DNA of 64,000 nt from the human T2T-CHM13v2.0 reference genome, Homo sapiens, in assembly GCA_009914755.4 (NCBI GenBank), contig CP086569.2, forward strand, positions 11,072,001 through 11,136,000, written 5' to 3'. A program made the position numbers and the translations under genes. Under the pieces are notes generated by a model that was given only the letters and a program-made list of their open reading frames with translations, did not search any database and was not told the DNA's origin. This document shows, piece by piece, positions 16,701 to 33,699 of the stretch. Each line of letters opens with the position of its first letter. Within the stretch, counting starts at the first letter, position 1.

Positions 16701-19700
16701 AATTCCATTCCTTTCCACTGCACTCCAATCCACTCCACTCAACTACATTCCACTCCACTCCACTCTGTTCTATTGCATTCCCTTGCATTCAATTCCATTA
16801 TGTTCCATTCGATCCCACTCCATTCCCACCCTCTCCACTCTATTCCACTCTGTTCCATTACACTTCATTCCACCTCATTTCTCTCCATTCTACACCATTC
16901 CTCTCCATTCCATTCCACTCCATTCCACTCCAGTCAATTCCACTCCATTCCATTCGACACCACTCTAATCCATTCCATTCCACTCAATTCCACTACACTC
17001 GACTCCACTCCACTCCGTTCCATTCCACTCCTCTAAACTCCGTTCCATTTCAATCCATTAATTTCCATTTCATGACATTCCATTCCACTGCATGTTGATA
17101 CACTCCACTCAACTCCACTCCACTCCACTCCGTTCCATTCCATTTCGTTCTATTCCATTCCATTCCACCCTACTTCATTTCATCCCACTGCATTCCACCA
17201 CACTCCACTCCACTCCACTCCTGTCCTTTCCATTTCATTCCATTCCGTTCCACTGCACTCAAATCCACTTCACTCAATACCACACCACTTCACTCCATTC
17301 CATTCCGTTCCATTTCGTTCTATTTCATTTCGTTTAACTCCATTCCTTTTGATTCCACTCCACTCCAATCCACTCCATTCCACTCTATTCCACTTCACTG
17401 CAATACAATGCACTCTACTCCACTCCATTTCATTCCTCTCCATTCCTTTCCATTCTACTCCATTCCATTACATTGCATTTCACTCCATGCTACTCTATTC
17501 CACTCCACTCCATTGCACTCCACTCCATTCCACTCTACTCTACTCCATTCCATTCAATTCCACTCCGTTCCATTTTATTCCACTTCTTGTCACTCCATTC
17601 CACTCCACTATACTCCATTTCACTGCACTCCATTCCATTGCATTCTACTCCTTTCCATTCCATTCCATTCCATTATTTCGACTAGATCTAACTCTGTCAC
17701 CCAGAGTGGAGTGCAGTTTCACAATCTTAGCTCACATTACCTTTCATCATTCTGGTACTTCCATTTCATTAGATTCCACTCCATTCCAATCAACTCCACT
17801 CCACTCCACTCCATTCCATTCAATTCCACTCAATTCCATTTAATTTCACTCCTTGTCACTCCATTCCATTCCACTACACTCCATTCCACTCCCCTCCATT
17901 CCGTTGCATTCTACTCCTTTTCATTCCATTCCTTTCCATTATTTCGACTTGAACTCACTCCATCACCCAGAGTGGAATGCAGTGGCACAATCTTATCTCA
18001 CAGTACATTTCGTCATTCCATTACATTCCATTTCTTTAGATTCCACGACATTCCAATCAACTTCACTCCACTCCACACAATGTGACAACACTCCATTCCA
18101 TTCCATTTTCTTCCATTTCATTCCACTGCACTCCAATCCACTCCCTTCGTCTCCACTCCACTCCAATCCAATCCATTCTGTTCCATTCCATTTAATTCCG
18201 TTTCATTCCATTCCATTCCATTCCATTCCATTCCATTCCATTCCATTCCAATCCACTCCATCCATTCCACTCCATTCCCGTCCATTCCCCTCCACTCCAC
18301 TCCATTCCCGTCCATTCCCCTCCACTCCACTCCATTCCATTCCATTCCATTCCACTCCATTCCATTCTATTCCATTCCATTCCACTGCACTGCCATCGAC
18401 TCCAGTCAACTCCACACCACTCCTATGCACTCCACTATGTTCCTTTCCATTCCATTCCATTCCATTCCATTGAATTCCGCTCCATTCCATGCAATTCCAA
18501 ACCACAACATTCCATTCCACTGCATTCCACTCCATTCCTTTCCACTCCACTCCACTGCATTCAATTCCATTCCATTCCACTGCACTCCAGTCAACTCCAC
18601 TCAAATGCATTCCACTCCACTCCACTCCACTCCACTCCACTCCACTCCACTCCACTCCACAGTTCCAATGTGTTCCCTTGCATTTCATTCGGTTCTGTTC
18701 CGTTTAATTCCACTCCATTCCCTTCCTCTCCACTCCATTCCACTCCACTCCTTTTCACTCCATTCCATTCCATTCCACTCCTCTCCACTCCACTGCACTC
18801 CATTCGATTTGACTCCCTTTCATTCCACTACCCTCCATTCCGTTTCATTCCATTCCTCTCCATTCCTTTCTTTTCTACTCCACTCCATTTCACTGCTTAA
18901 TTTCTACTCACTCTTTCACACAGACTGGAGTGTAGTGGCACACTCTTAGGTTGCATTTCATTTCAAAATTCCATTCCATTCCACTCCATTCCATTCCATT
19001 CCACTTCACTCCATTCCATTCCATTCAATTCCTTTTCATTCCACTGAACTCCAATCCACTTCACTCAACTCCACTCCACTCTATTCCTCTCCATTCCATT
19101 CCATTCTATTCCATTCCATTCCATTCCATTCCATTCCATTCCGATTCATTCCATTTCATCCCATTCCTTTCCTTTCCATTACCTTACATTCCACTCCATT
19201 CCATTCCATTCCACTCCAGTCCACTCTAATCCATTCCATTCCATTCCACTCCACTCCATTCCATTCCATCCCACTCTATTTCACTCCATTCCACTACAAT
19301 CCATTCCACTCCACTCCATTCCATTCCCTTACACTCCACTCCATTCCCTTACACTCCACTCCATTCCAGTGTGTTCTACCCCATTCCATTCCTTTCCTTT
19401 CATTTATTTTGGCTTGACCTCACTCCATCACCTAGACTGGAGTACAGTGTCACAATCGTAGCTCACATTTAATTTCACCAATGCATTCCATTCCATTACA
19501 TTCCAAAATATTCCATTCCTCTCCACTCCACTCCCCTCGATTCCATTCCGCTCAACTCCACTCCACTCCATTCCATTCCATTCCATTCCACTCTATTCCT
19601 CTGCACTCTGATCCACACCACTCAACTCCAATCCCCTCCACTCTACTCCAACACGTTCCATTCTTTTACATTCCACTCTGTTCCATTCCATTCCATTTGG

Positions 19701-22700
19701 TTTCACTCCATTACATTCCACTCCATTCCATTCCTTTGCACTCCATTCCATTCTACTCCAGTCCACACTATTCCACTCCACTCCACACTATTCCACTCCA
19801 CGCCATTGCTGTCCACTGCTTTCCACTCCACTCCATTCAAATCCATTCCACACCACTCCACTCCATTCTATTCTAGTCCATTTCACTCCATTCCACTGCA
19901 CTCCATTGACCTCCACACCATTCCACTCCACTTCACTCCATTCTACTCCATTCCATTCCACTCCAATCCATTTAATTCCATTCTACTTCATTCCATTGTA
20001 TTACTTTATTTTGATTGGATCTTTTTCTGTCACCTAGACTGGAGTGCAGTGGCACGATATTAGCTCACATTTCATTTCACCATTCCATTCCATTCCATTA
20101 CACTCCACTCTACTACACTGCACTCCACTGCATTGTATACCTTTTCATTCCTTTTCTTTCCATTCCATTCCATTCCATTCCATTCCATCCCATTCCATTC
20201 CATTCCATTCCATTCCATTCCATTCCATTGCACTCCATTCCATTCCACTGCCCTCTGATCCACCCCACTCAACTCCACTCCATGCCATTCTGTTCTGTTC
20301 TGGTCTATTCCATTCCCTTCTATTCCCTTCCATTCTGTTCCATTCCTTTCCATTTCAAGCCATTCCATTCCATTCCACTGCATTCGTCTCCTTTCCACTA
20401 CACTTCGCTCCACTCAATTCTATGCCATTGCATTCCACTACATTCTGATCCACTCCAATCAACAACACTCCGCTTCTCTCCACTCCACTCCATTTCATTC
20501 CATTCTGCTCCATTCCATTCCATTTCATTCCACTCCATTCCATACCATGCCAGTCTATTCCACTCCATTCCATTGCACTTCATTCCACCTCATTCCTGTC
20601 CATTCTACAAAATTCCACTCCATTCAATTCCACTCCATTCCATTCCACTCCATTCCACTCCACTCCATTCCACTCCATTCCATTTGACCCAGCTCCAGTC
20701 CATTCCATTCCACTCCATTCCACTACACTCGACTCCACTCCATTCCATTCCACTCCTCTAAACTCTGTTCCATTCTAATCCATTAATTTTCATTTAATTA
20801 CGTTCCATTCCACTGCACTTTGATTCACTCCACTCAACTCCACTCCACTCCATTCCATTCCATTCCTTTCTATTCCATTCCTTTCCATTCCATTTCATTC
20901 CATTCTTTTCCATTCCGTTTAACCCGACTCCATTTCATTCCACTTCATTCCACGACACTCCACTCCAGTCCACTCCACTCCTCTCCTTTCCGTTCCATTC
21001 CATTCCACTACACTCGAATCCACTTCATTCAACATCACTGCACTCCACTCCATTCCATTCCATTCCATTCCATTCTGTTCCATTTCATTTCATTCAACTC
21101 CATTCCTTTTGATTCCACACCACTCCACTCCACTCCATTTCACTCAAGTCCAATCCATTCCACTTCTCTACAATGTAATGCACTCCACTCCACTACATTC
21201 CATTCCACTCCATTCCATTCCATTCCATTCTTCTCCATTCAATTTCTTTGCATTGTACTCCATTCCATTCCATTCCATTTCACTCCATGCTACTCCATTC
21301 CACTCCACTCCTTTGCACTCCACTCCATTCCACTCCACTGCACTCCATTCCACTCCATTCCATTCAATTCCACTCCATTCCATTTTTTTCCACTTCTTGT
21401 CACTCCATTCCACTGCACTACACTCCATTCCACTCCACTTCATTCCATTGCATTCTACTTCTTTCCATTCCATTCCATTCGAATATTTCAACTAGATCTC
21501 ACTTCGTCACCCAGAGAAGAGTGCAGTGGCACAATCTTAGGTCACATTACATTTCATCATTCCATTACATTCCGTTTCATTAGATTCCACTCCATTCCAA
21601 TCAACTCCACTCCACTCCATTCCACTCCATTCCTTTCAATTCCACTCCATTCCATTTTATTCCACTGCTTGTCACTCCATTCCACTGCACTACACTCCAT
21701 TCCACTCCATTCCAATCCACTCCTTTCTACTCCATTCCATTCCATTCCATTCCATTCCATTCCTCTGCACTCAGATCCACTCCACTCAGCTCCACTCCAC
21801 ACCACTCCATGCCGTTCCATTCGGTTCCATGCCGTTCTGTTCCATTCCGTTCCATTTCTTTCCACTCCAGTCCACTACATTCCCTTATATTCGATTCCAT
21901 TGAACTCCATTCCACTCCTCTCCACTCCACTGCACTCCACTCCACTTCATTCAAATCCATCCCATTCCATTCCCTTCCTTATCACTGCAATGCACTCCAC
22001 ACCACTCCACTCCACTTCATTCCATTCTATTCCAATCCACTCTGTTCCTTTTCATTCCACTCCATACCATGCCATTCCACCCGATTCCATTCCATTACTT
22101 TCATTTCAATCCACTGGACTCCACTCCACCACTATCCACGACATTCCAGTCCACCCCATTCCACTCCAGTACACTCCATTCCACTCCAATCCACTCCTGT
22201 CCATTCCATTCCATTCCATTTTATTACATTCCATTAACTTCCTTTCCACTCCACTCCAATCCATTCCATTCTTCTGCACTCAGATACATTCCAGTCAACA
22301 GCACACAACTCTACTCAACTCCACTCTGTTCCGTTCAGTTCCTTTCTTTTACTTTAAATTCCATTCCCTTCTGTTCCACTGCATTCCACTCCACTACATT
22401 CCATTACATCCGATTACGTTCCTCTCCATTCCACTGCACTCCATTTCACTTCATTCCAGTCACCTTCACTCCGTTCCACTCCACTCCATTAGTTTACACT
22501 CCACTCCAAACAATCACTCCACCCCATTCCATTCCATTCCATTGCATTCCATTCCATTCCATTCCATTCCATTCCATTCCATTCCATTGCATTCCATTCC
22601 ATTCCATTCCATTGCATTCCATTCCATTCCATTCCATTCCATTGCATTTCCTTCCATTGCATTCCATTCCATTCCACTCCATTCCATTCCATTCCTATCC

Positions 22701-25700
22701 TTTCCATTACCATCGTTTCCACTTCATTTTATTCAATTCCACTCCCTTCCATTTCATTCCGCTACATTCCACTCCATTCCACTCCAATCCACTCCATTCC
22801 ACTCCACTACAGTCCACTTCACTCCACTCCTCTCCATTCCATTCCATTTTATTCCATTCCATACAATTCCATTCTAATCCACTCCATTCCATTCCAATCC
22901 ACTGCACTCCGATCTACTCTATTAAACTCCCCTCCACTCAACTCCACATTGCTCTGTTCTATTCGATTCGATTCCATTCCACTCCACACTATTCCATTCC
23001 ACTGATTTCCACTCCATTCAACTCCATTCCTCTTCACTCCACTGCACTCCACTCTACTCCACTCCTTTCCATTCCTTTTAATTCCACTGCACTCTGATCC
23101 ACTCAACTCAAATCCACTGCACTCAACTCCACTCCATTCCAATCCATTGCACTCATTCCCTTTCTTTCCATTCCATTCCATTCCATTCCGTTCCACTAAT
23201 TTCCATTCTATTCCTATCCATTCAACTCCACTGCATTCCATTCCTGTACTTTACACTCCACTCCACTCTATTCCACTGATTTCCACTCCACTCTACTCCG
23301 CTCAATTCCTTTCCATTCCATTCCATTTCACTGCATTCCAATCCACTCCACTCGTCTCCACTCCACTCCTCTCCACTCCTCTCTGTACCATTCCATTACT
23401 TTCCGTTCTGTTCTGTTCCTTTCCACTCCATTCCATTCCACTGCAGTCCATTTCACTCCATTCCAATCCAGTCCTCTACACTCCATGCCACTCCACTCCT
23501 TTCCATTCCATTCCATTTCCATCCATTCCATTCCAATCCCCTCCATTTCATTCCATTACGTTCATTTCCATTCCATTCCACTGCACTCCAGGCACTCCAC
23601 TCAACTCCACTCCACTACATTCTGCTAGGTTCCGTTTTCTTCCATTGCCTTTTGATCCATTCCATTTCATTCCTTTCCATTCTATTCCTTTCGATTTCAC
23701 TCCATTCCATTCCACTCCATTCCAATGCATTCCATTCCACTCCACTCCACTCTCTTCCTTTGCATTCTATTCCAATCCACTGCAATCTGATCCACTCCAC
23801 TCAACTTTGCTCCACTCCACTCCCGTCCTTTGCAGTCTGTTCCATTCCATTTCATTCCATTCCATTCCTATCCACTACTCTCCATTCCATTCCACTTCAT
23901 TCCCCTCCATTCCGTTACACTCCACTTCATTACATTCCACTCTATTCATTACCATTCCTCTCTACTCCATTCCAGTTCACTCCATTCCATTCCACTCGAC
24001 TCCATTCATTCCATTCCACTCCATTCCATTCCATTCTACCCCATTCCATCCCATTAGTCTCCATTCCACTCCACTCCACTACACTATAACCCAGTCCACT
24101 CCACTGCACTCAATTCCATTCCACTCCTCTCCATTACATTCGATTCCATTTTATTCCATTGCATTGCATTCCATTCCCTTCCATCCAATTTAACTGCATT
24201 CTGTTCCAATCCACTCAAATTCGCTCCACTCCAGTCCACTCTATTCTGTTCCATTCCATTCCATTTTCTTCCGTTCTATTCAATTCCATTCCATTTCATT
24301 CCATTCCATGCCACTCCATTCCATTCCATTCCCCTCTATTGCCCTGCATTCCTATTAAATCCACTCCACTCCATTCGACTCCAATCCACTCAAATCCAGT
24401 CCACTCCACTGCATTCTATTCCATTCCAATGGACTCCAGTCGACTCCATTCATATCCACTCCACTCCACTCTACTCAGTTCCATTCCGTTAAGTTCTGTT
24501 CCATTCTGTTTCATTCCGTTCCTTTCCAGTCCAATCCCTTCCACTCCCCTCCATTCCACTCCACTCCATTGCACTGCATTCCACTCCACTCAAATCCTCT
24601 CCACTCCAGTCCATTCCATTTCACTCCATTCCATTCCATTACTCTCCTTGTCACTCCAATCCACTCCACTCCATTGAACTCCACATCATTCCACTCCCCT
24701 CCACTCCATTCCACTCAATTCGTTTCCACTCCACTCCACTCCTTTCCCTTCTACTCCTTTCCAATCCATTTCTTTATTTCTACTTGACCTCATTCTGTCT
24801 TCCAGACTGGAGTGCAGTGTCACAATCCTGGCTAAAATTTCATTTCACAATTCGATTCCATTCCATTCCATTTCTTTCCACTCTACTCCATTCCACTCCA
24901 CTAAACTCCACTCCACTCCTCTCCCCCCACACCACTCAATTCCATTTCACTGAACTCCATTCCATTCCATCCCATTGAATTCCATTATATTACATTCCGT
25001 ACCATTCCATTCCATACCATTCCATTAAATTCCACTCCTCTCCATTCCATTCCCCTCCATTCCAATGGAATCTCACTCTGTCATGCAGATTCGATTGCAG
25101 TTGCAAAATCTTCACTCACATTTCATTTCACTATTACATTCCATTCCATTCCGTTTCCACTGCATTCTGATATACTCCACTCAACTCCTCTCAACTCCAC
25201 TCCACTCCACTCCACTCCGTTTCGTTCCATTCCATTCCATTCCATTCCATTCCATTCCATTCCATTCCATTCCATTCCATTTCATCGCATGCCCTTCCTT
25301 TCCGGTCCATTCCATTCAATTCCACACCACTCCTTTCAATTCCACTCCATTCCACTCCATTCCTCTCCTCTACACTACAATCCACTTAACTCCACTCCAT
25401 TCCACTCCACTCCTCACCAATCCACTCCCCTCCACTCCACTCCATTGAATTGCATTTCATTCCACTTCACTCTGATCCACTCCTCTCAACTCCACTCCAC
25501 TCCACTTCATTCCATTCCGTTAGGTTCCATTCTGGTCCATTCGACTCCACTCCAGTCAATTCCTCTCCACTCCATACCACTCCACTCCAATCCACACTAC
25601 TTTACTCCACTCCATTCCACTCCACTCCATTCCATGCCACTCCACTCCATTCTGCTCCATTCCTTTCACTTTTATTACATTCAATTCCACTGCAGTGTGA

Positions 25701-28700
25701 TATCCTGCACTCAATTCCACTGTACACCACTTCACTGTGTTCCGATCCTTTCCCTTGTGTTCAGTTCTGTCCCATTCCATTCCACACCGTTCCATTCTCT
25801 TACACTCCAGTCCATTCCAGTCCGCTCCACTCTGTTCCGTTTTCTTCCATTCCATTCCATTCCATTCCATTCCATTCCATTCCATATTTTTCCATACCAT
25901 TCCATTCCACTTAACCCCATTCCATCCCAACCCATTCCCCTCTCTTCCACTCCACTCCACTCCTTTCCATATCATTCCATTGCAGGACACTCTGATCCAC
26001 TATACTGAACTCCACCCCACTCCACTCCACTACATTCCATTCCATACCTTTCCATTCCATTCCTTTCCATTCCATTCCACTCAAATCCATTCCACTCCAA
26101 TTCATTCCACTACACTCCTTTCCACTCCACTCCTTTTCACTCCATTCTACTCCATCGCACTCCACTCCAATCCACTCCATTTCATTCCATTCCATTCCAT
26201 TCCACTCCACTCCATTCCAATCCATTCTACTCCATTCCATTACATTGCTTTAATTTGACTAGATCTCATTCAGTCACCCAGATTGGAGTGCAGTGGAAAA
26301 ATATCAGCTCACATTTCTTTTGACCAGTCCATTCCATTCCATTCCATTCCATTCCATTCCATTCCATTCCATTCCATTCTTTTACATTCTTCTCTATTCC
26401 AATGCACTCCGAACCACTCCACTCAACTCTACTCCAATCCCGTGCACTGCACTCTCTTGTATTCCTTTCTACTGTGTTCCATTCCATTCCATTGCATACT
26501 ATACCATTCGATTCCACTCCACTCCAATCCATTCCACTCAATTCCACTCCACTCCACCCCACTGCCCTCCACTCCATTCCATTCCATTCCGCACCACTCC
26601 TTTCCACTCCACTCCATTTCATCCAATTCTACTCAATTCCACTCCACTAATATCCACTCCAATGCATTCCACTAAACTCCATGCCCTTCCACTCCATTCC
26701 ACTCCATTCCTCTCCATTGTATTGCATTCCATTCCATTCCATTGCACTCCATTCCTCTCCATTATATTGCATTCCATTCCATTTCATTGCACTCCATTCC
26801 ATTCCATTCCATTGCACTCCATTCCATTCCATTCCACTTCATTGCATTCTACTCCACTCCACTCCATTTCATTCCATTCCATTCCACTCCAGTCTCTTCC
26901 AATCCACTCCTGTGCATTCCATTAAATTCCATTGCATTCCACTGCACTGTAATCCACTCCAATCAATTCCACTCCACTCCAATCCAATCCGTTCGATTCC
27001 ATTCGGTTCCCTTCCATTCCATTTCCCTCCATACGATTACACTCCACTCCGTTCTGCTCCACGCCATTTCTCTCCTTTCCACTTTATTCGACTCCACACC
27101 ACTCCACACCATTCCATTCCACTTCACTCCATTCCATTACACTCCATTCCATTCCATTCCATTCCACTCCACCCCATTGCACTCCACTCCACTCCATTTC
27201 ATTCCATTCAAATCCATACCATGGCATTTCAATCTACTCCACTCCACTCCATTCCACTCCACTACATTCCACTCCACTCCACTCCATTCCACTCCATTCT
27301 ATTCCAATCCACTCCATTCCATTCCATTGTACTCCATTCCATTCCATTGTACTCCATTCCATTCCATTGCTTTATTTCGTATGAATCTCACTCTGTCACC
27401 AAGAGTGGAGAGCAGTGGCACAATCTTAGCTGACATTTCATCTCACCATTCCATTCCATTCCATTCCATTGCATTCCATTCCATTCCACTCAGTTCCTCT
27501 GAAATCCGATCCACTCCACACAATTGCACTCCAATCCACTCCACTCCATTCCACTTAGTTCAAATCCGTTCTGTTCCGTTCAATTCTATTCTGTTCCATT
27601 CCATGCCACTCTTTTCCACTCCATTCCACGCCACTCAATTCCACCCCACTCTATTCCACTCCACTCTATTCCACTCGAATCCATTCCATTTCTTTCCATA
27701 CATTCCATACCAGTAGATTCCATTCCATTCCATTCCATTCCATTCCATTCCATTCCATTCCACTTCACTCAGACCCACTCCACTCAACTCCACTCCACTG
27801 CACTCCACTCCATTCCGTTCCATTCCGTTCCGTTCCATTCCATTATATTCCACTCCACTCCTTTCCTTTCCAATCCATTCCACTGAAGTCCGCTTCACTC
27901 CACTCCTGTCCACTCCATTCCATCCCATTCCGTTCCAATTCACTCTGATTTACTCCACTCAACTCCACTCCAATCCACTCCGGTACACTCCTTTCCATTC
28001 CATTCCATTCTGTTCTGTGCCACTCCATTCCCTTCCACTCCAATCCATTCCATTCCACTCTATTCTTCTCTGCACCTTTTCACTCCATTCCACTCCACTC
28101 CACTCAAATCCACTCTACTCGAATCCATTACATTTCAATCCACTCAATTCTATTCCACTACATTCCATTCCATTCCATTCCACTCCATTCAACTTCAATC
28201 CACTCCAGTCAAATCTACTCCACACCATTCAATTCCATTCAACCACAATCCACTCCATTCCATTAGATTCCTTTCCATTCCATTCCACTGCACTCTGATA
28301 CACTTGACTTAACTCCACTCCACTCCACTCAACTGTCCTCCATTTCGTTCTGTTCCATTCCTGTCCATTCCATACCATTCCACTCTGTTCCTCTCCATTC
28401 CATTCTACTCCATTCCATTTCACTCCATTTTAATCCATTCCACTCCATTCCACTACAATCTACTCTGTTCCATTCAATTCCATTCCAATGCATGCTGATC
28501 CAGTCTAGTCAACTCCACTCTAATCCACTCCATTCCACTACTTCCTTTAAGTTCCGTTCCATTCCATTCCATTATACTCTATTCTTTTCCACTCCACTCC
28601 TTTTCACTCCACTCCATTTCACTCCATTCTACTCTATTCCAGTACACTCCTCTCCACACCCATCCTTTCCTCTGCATTCCATTGCACTCCATTCCATTCC

Positions 28701-31700
28701 ACTCCATTCCATTGCATTCCTGTCCTTTCCATTCCATTCCTCTCAATTCCACCCAATTCCACTACATTCCATTCCAGTCCATTCCATTCCACTCCACTCC
28801 AATCCACTCTATTCCATTCCTTTCCACCCCATTAAGTTCCATTCCCTTCCATTCCATTCCACTCCATTGCACTCCATTCCACTCCACCCATTCCAATCCA
28901 CTCCATTCCGCTCCACTCCACTCCATTCCACTACATTCCATTCCATTCCTTTCCTTTCCATTACGTTTATTCCATTCCATTCCATTCCATTCCATTTCCT
29001 TACATTCCACTCCACTCCATTCCCTTTAATTCCTTCCATTCCACAGAACTCCGATTCACTTTACTCAACCCCTTCCACTGAACTGCACTCTGTTCCATTC
29101 CTTTCCGTCCATTCCCTTCAGTTCCATTCCCTTACACTCCACCCATTCCACTCCACTCCATTACACTCCACTTCATTTCAATCCATTACACTCCATTGCA
29201 CTCCTCTCCTCTCCACTCCACTCCTATTCAATCCATTCCATGCCACTCAATTCCATTCCATTCCATTCCTTTCCAGTCCATTTCACTCCATTACACTCCA
29301 CCCTTTCCATTCCACTGCATTCCACTCCACACCACTGCATTCCACTCCTCTCCACTCCATTCCCTTCCACTCCATTCCATTCCATTCTAGTTCATTTCAA
29401 TTCATTCCTTTATTTCCACTTGATCTCACTCTGTCACCAATACTGGAGTGCAGTGGCAGAATCGTGGCTCACATTTCATTACACTTTTCCATTCCATTCC
29501 GTTCCATTCCATTCCATTCCATTACATTCTGTTCCATTACATTTCATTGCACTCAACTTCATTCCATTCCACTACATTCCTCTCCCTTCCACTTTACTCC
29601 ACTCCACTCCTTTCCATTCATTTCCATCCAGAGCACTCCGATCCACTCTATTCAACTCCAATCCACTCCACTCCTCTCAGCTCTGTTCTGTTCCATTGCT
29701 TTCCATTCCATTCCATTCCATTCCATTCTGATCCGTTCCCATCCATTCCATTCCATTCCACTCCATACCATTCCATTCCATTCCATTCCAATCCATTCCA
29801 CTCCACTCCACTCCATTCCACTCCACTCCACTCCATTCAACTCCATTCCATTGCATTCCCCTCCATTGCATTCCGTTCCATTCCTATCCATTCCACTCCA
29901 TGCCTCTCCACTCCATTCCACTCCACTCTTTTACACTCCATACCAATCCACTTCATTCAATTCCATTCCATTTTTCTCCATTCAATTCCATTCTTTATTT
30001 CGACTGGATCTCACTCTGTCACCCAGACTCTAGTGTAGTGCCACAATCTTAGCTCATATTTCATTTCACCACTCCATTCCATTCCACTCCACTCCACTCC
30101 ACTCCACTTCACTCGACTCCGTTCCATTACACTCCATACCAATCCATTCCACTCCTCTCCACTCAATTCCATTCCACTAAATTCCATTCCATTCCATTCC
30201 ATTCCATTCCATTCCATTCCATTCCACTCTAATCCTCTTCAATCCGCTCCACTCCAATCCACTCCAATCCATTCCATTCCCTTCCATTCCTCTCCACTAC
30301 ATTCCATTCCAATCCCTTCCACTGTACTCTTATCCACTCCACTCAACTCCACTCAACTCCATTCAACTCGAATCCTTTCCCTTCCATTCCATTCCATGCC
30401 ATTCTATTCCATTCCATTCCTTTCCGTTCCATACCATTCCATTCCATTCTATTCCATTCCACTCCACTCCACTCCATTCCATTCCATTCCTATCCATTCC
30501 ACTCCAATGCACTCCGTTCGAGAACACTCCACTCTTCTCCACTCCACTGCAATCCATTCCATTGTATTCCATTCTGCTGCACCCCGATCCACTCCAATAA
30601 ACTCCAGTTCACTCCACTCCATTCCGTTGCATTACGTTCCTTTCTGTTCCGTTCCGTTACTTTCCATTCCGCTCCATTTCATTCCATTCCACTAAATTCC
30701 ACTCAGCTGCCTTCCACTCCACACCACTCCATTCCACTCCATTTCATTCCACTCCAATCCAATTCATTCCATTCTACTCCATTCCTTTACGTTCTTTTAT
30801 TTCGACTGGGTCTCACTCTGTCTCACAGACTGGAGTGCAGTGGCACAATCTTAGCTCACCTTTTTTTGCAGCATTCTTTTCCATTCCATTTCATTCCATT
30901 CCATTACATTCCACTGCACTGCGACCTACTCCACTCAACTCCACTCCATTTCACTCCATTATACTACATTCCTTTCCATTCCATTCCACTCCATACCATT
31001 CGGTACAATTCCACTACATTTGATTCCATTCCTCTCCACTCCATGCCATTCCATTCCATTCCACTCAACTCCACACCACTTTACTCCAATCCACTCCAAA
31101 CCACTACATTCCATTCCATTCCATTCCACTTCTTTCCTTTCAACTGCACTCTGACCCTTTCTGCTCAACTCCACTCCACTCCAGTCCACTCCGTTCCATT
31201 CACTTCAACTCCATTTCTTTCCATTCTCTTCCATTCCACTACATTCCATTCCACTCCACTCCACTCCATTGCACTCCCCTCCATTTATCGCCATTCCACT
31301 CCATTAAAACCCACTCCACTCCACTCCATTCCATTTCACTCCATGCCACTCCATTGCACTTCACTCCACTCCAGTATACTCCTCTCCACTCCATTCCATT
31401 CCATTCTACTCCATTCCACTCAACTTCATTCCATTCCACTCTGGTCCACTCCATTCCACTCGACTCCACTCCATTCCATTCCTTTCCACTCCATTCCAGT
31501 ACACTCCATTCCACTGCATTCCACTCCATTCCATTCCACTCCATTCCACCCCATTCCACCCCATTCCATTCCACTCCATTCCATTCCACTCCACTCCATT
31601 CCATTCAATGCTACTGCATTCTATTCCAATCTTTATTTCCACGGGATTATCTCTGTTACCCAGACTTGAGTGCAGAGGCACAATCTTAGCTCTCTTTTCA

Positions 31701-33699
31701 TTTCATCATTCCATTCTATTCCATTTCATTCCATTCCATTGCATTCCGTTCCACTGCATTCCACTCCTCTCCACTTTTCTCCATCCTATTCCACTCCACT
31801 CCATTCAATTCCTCTCCCTTCCAATCCATTCCATTCCACCCCACCCCATTCCACTCCATTCCACTTCTTTGCATTCTACTCCACTGAATTCCATTCCATT
31901 CTACTCCTTTCCATTCCGTTTCTTTATTGTGACTGGATTTCACTCTGTCAACCAGACTGGAGTGTTGTTGCACAACCTTATATCACATTTCATTTTACCA
32001 TACCATTCCGTTCCATTGTATTCGAATCCACTTTTTCCATTCCTTTCCAGTCCATTCCATTCCACTCCATTCTACTCCATTCCAGTCCACTCCATTCCAA
32101 TCCACCTTACTCCAGTACAATCCACTCAAATCAACTCCATTCCACTCCATTCCATTCCTTTCCATTCCCTTCCATTCCATTCCACTGCATTCCGATCCAC
32201 TGCACTGAACTCCACTCCACTCCACTCCATTCTGTACCATTTGATTCCGTTCCATTCTATTCAATTTCATTCCATTCTACTCCACTCCATTCCATTCCAC
32301 TTTATTACATAACATTCCACTCCACTCCACTCTATTCCATTCCATTCTATTCTGTGCACTCCGATCCATTCCACTGAACTCCATTCCACTCCATTCTATT
32401 CAGTTCCATTCCGTTCCGTTCCGTATCATTCCTTTCCACTCCATTCCATGCCACTTCACTCCATTCCACTCTACTCATCCAGTCCATTCAATTACACTCC
32501 ATTCCATTCCATTACACTTTGTTCCATTACACTCCATTCTACACCATTCCAATCCATTCCACTCCACTCCATTCCAGTCCTCTCCATTCCACTCTACTCA
32601 ACTCCATTCCACTCCATTCAATTCCATTCCACTCCATTCCATTACTTTAAATTCCAACCCATTCTCCTCCACTCCATTGCACTTCATTTCGTTAGACTCC
32701 TCTCCACTTCGTTCCACTCCATTCCATTCCACTCCACTCCATTGCATTTCATTCTACTCCATTCCATTCTGTAAGTTTATTTCGACTGGATCTCACCCTG
32801 TCACCCACACTGGAGTGCAGTGGCACAATCTTAGCTTATATTTCATTCCACCGTTCCATTGCATTCCACTCCACTCCAGTCCGCTCCACTCCATTCCATT
32901 GCATTCTTCTCCATTCCATTCCATATATTTATTTTGACCGGATCACACTATGTCAACCATACTGGAATGAAGTGGCACAATCTTAGCTCACTTTTCATTT
33001 CACCTTTCCATTCCATTCCATTCCATTCCACTTCATTCCACTCCATTCCACTCCACTCCAATCCACTCGACTTCATTCCATTCAATTCCACTCCAATCTA
33101 CTCCATTCCACTTCACTCCTTTCCATTCCACTCCAATCCACACCATTGCTTTTCACTCCACTACAATCAATTCCATTCCATTTCATTAAATTCCAATCTT
33201 TTGCATTCCATTCCATTCCATTCCATTCCATTGCATTCCATTCCATTCCATTCCTTTCCACTCCATTATATTCCATTCAACTCCATTGCGGTCCATTTTT
33301 CTCCACTACACTCCATGCCAATCCACTCCACTCAACTACACAGCACTCCACTCCATTCCATTCCACTCCACTCCATTCTATCCCATTCCATTCCATTCCA
33401 TTCCATTCCATTCCATTAAATTCCATTCCATTCTACTCTACTCCTATCCATTTCACTCCACTCCGCTCCACTTCACTCAGTTCCATTCCATTCCATTATA
33501 TTCCATTCCATTCCATTACGTTCCATTACATTATATTCCACTCCACTCGATTCCATTCCACTCCATTCCCCTCCATTCCACTGCACTCCACTCCACTCCA
33601 CTCCCATCTACTCCATTCCATAGCACTCCATTCCATTCCAGTGTACTCCAATCCACTCCACAGAACTGTACTCCACTTCACTCCTTTCCATTCCGTTCC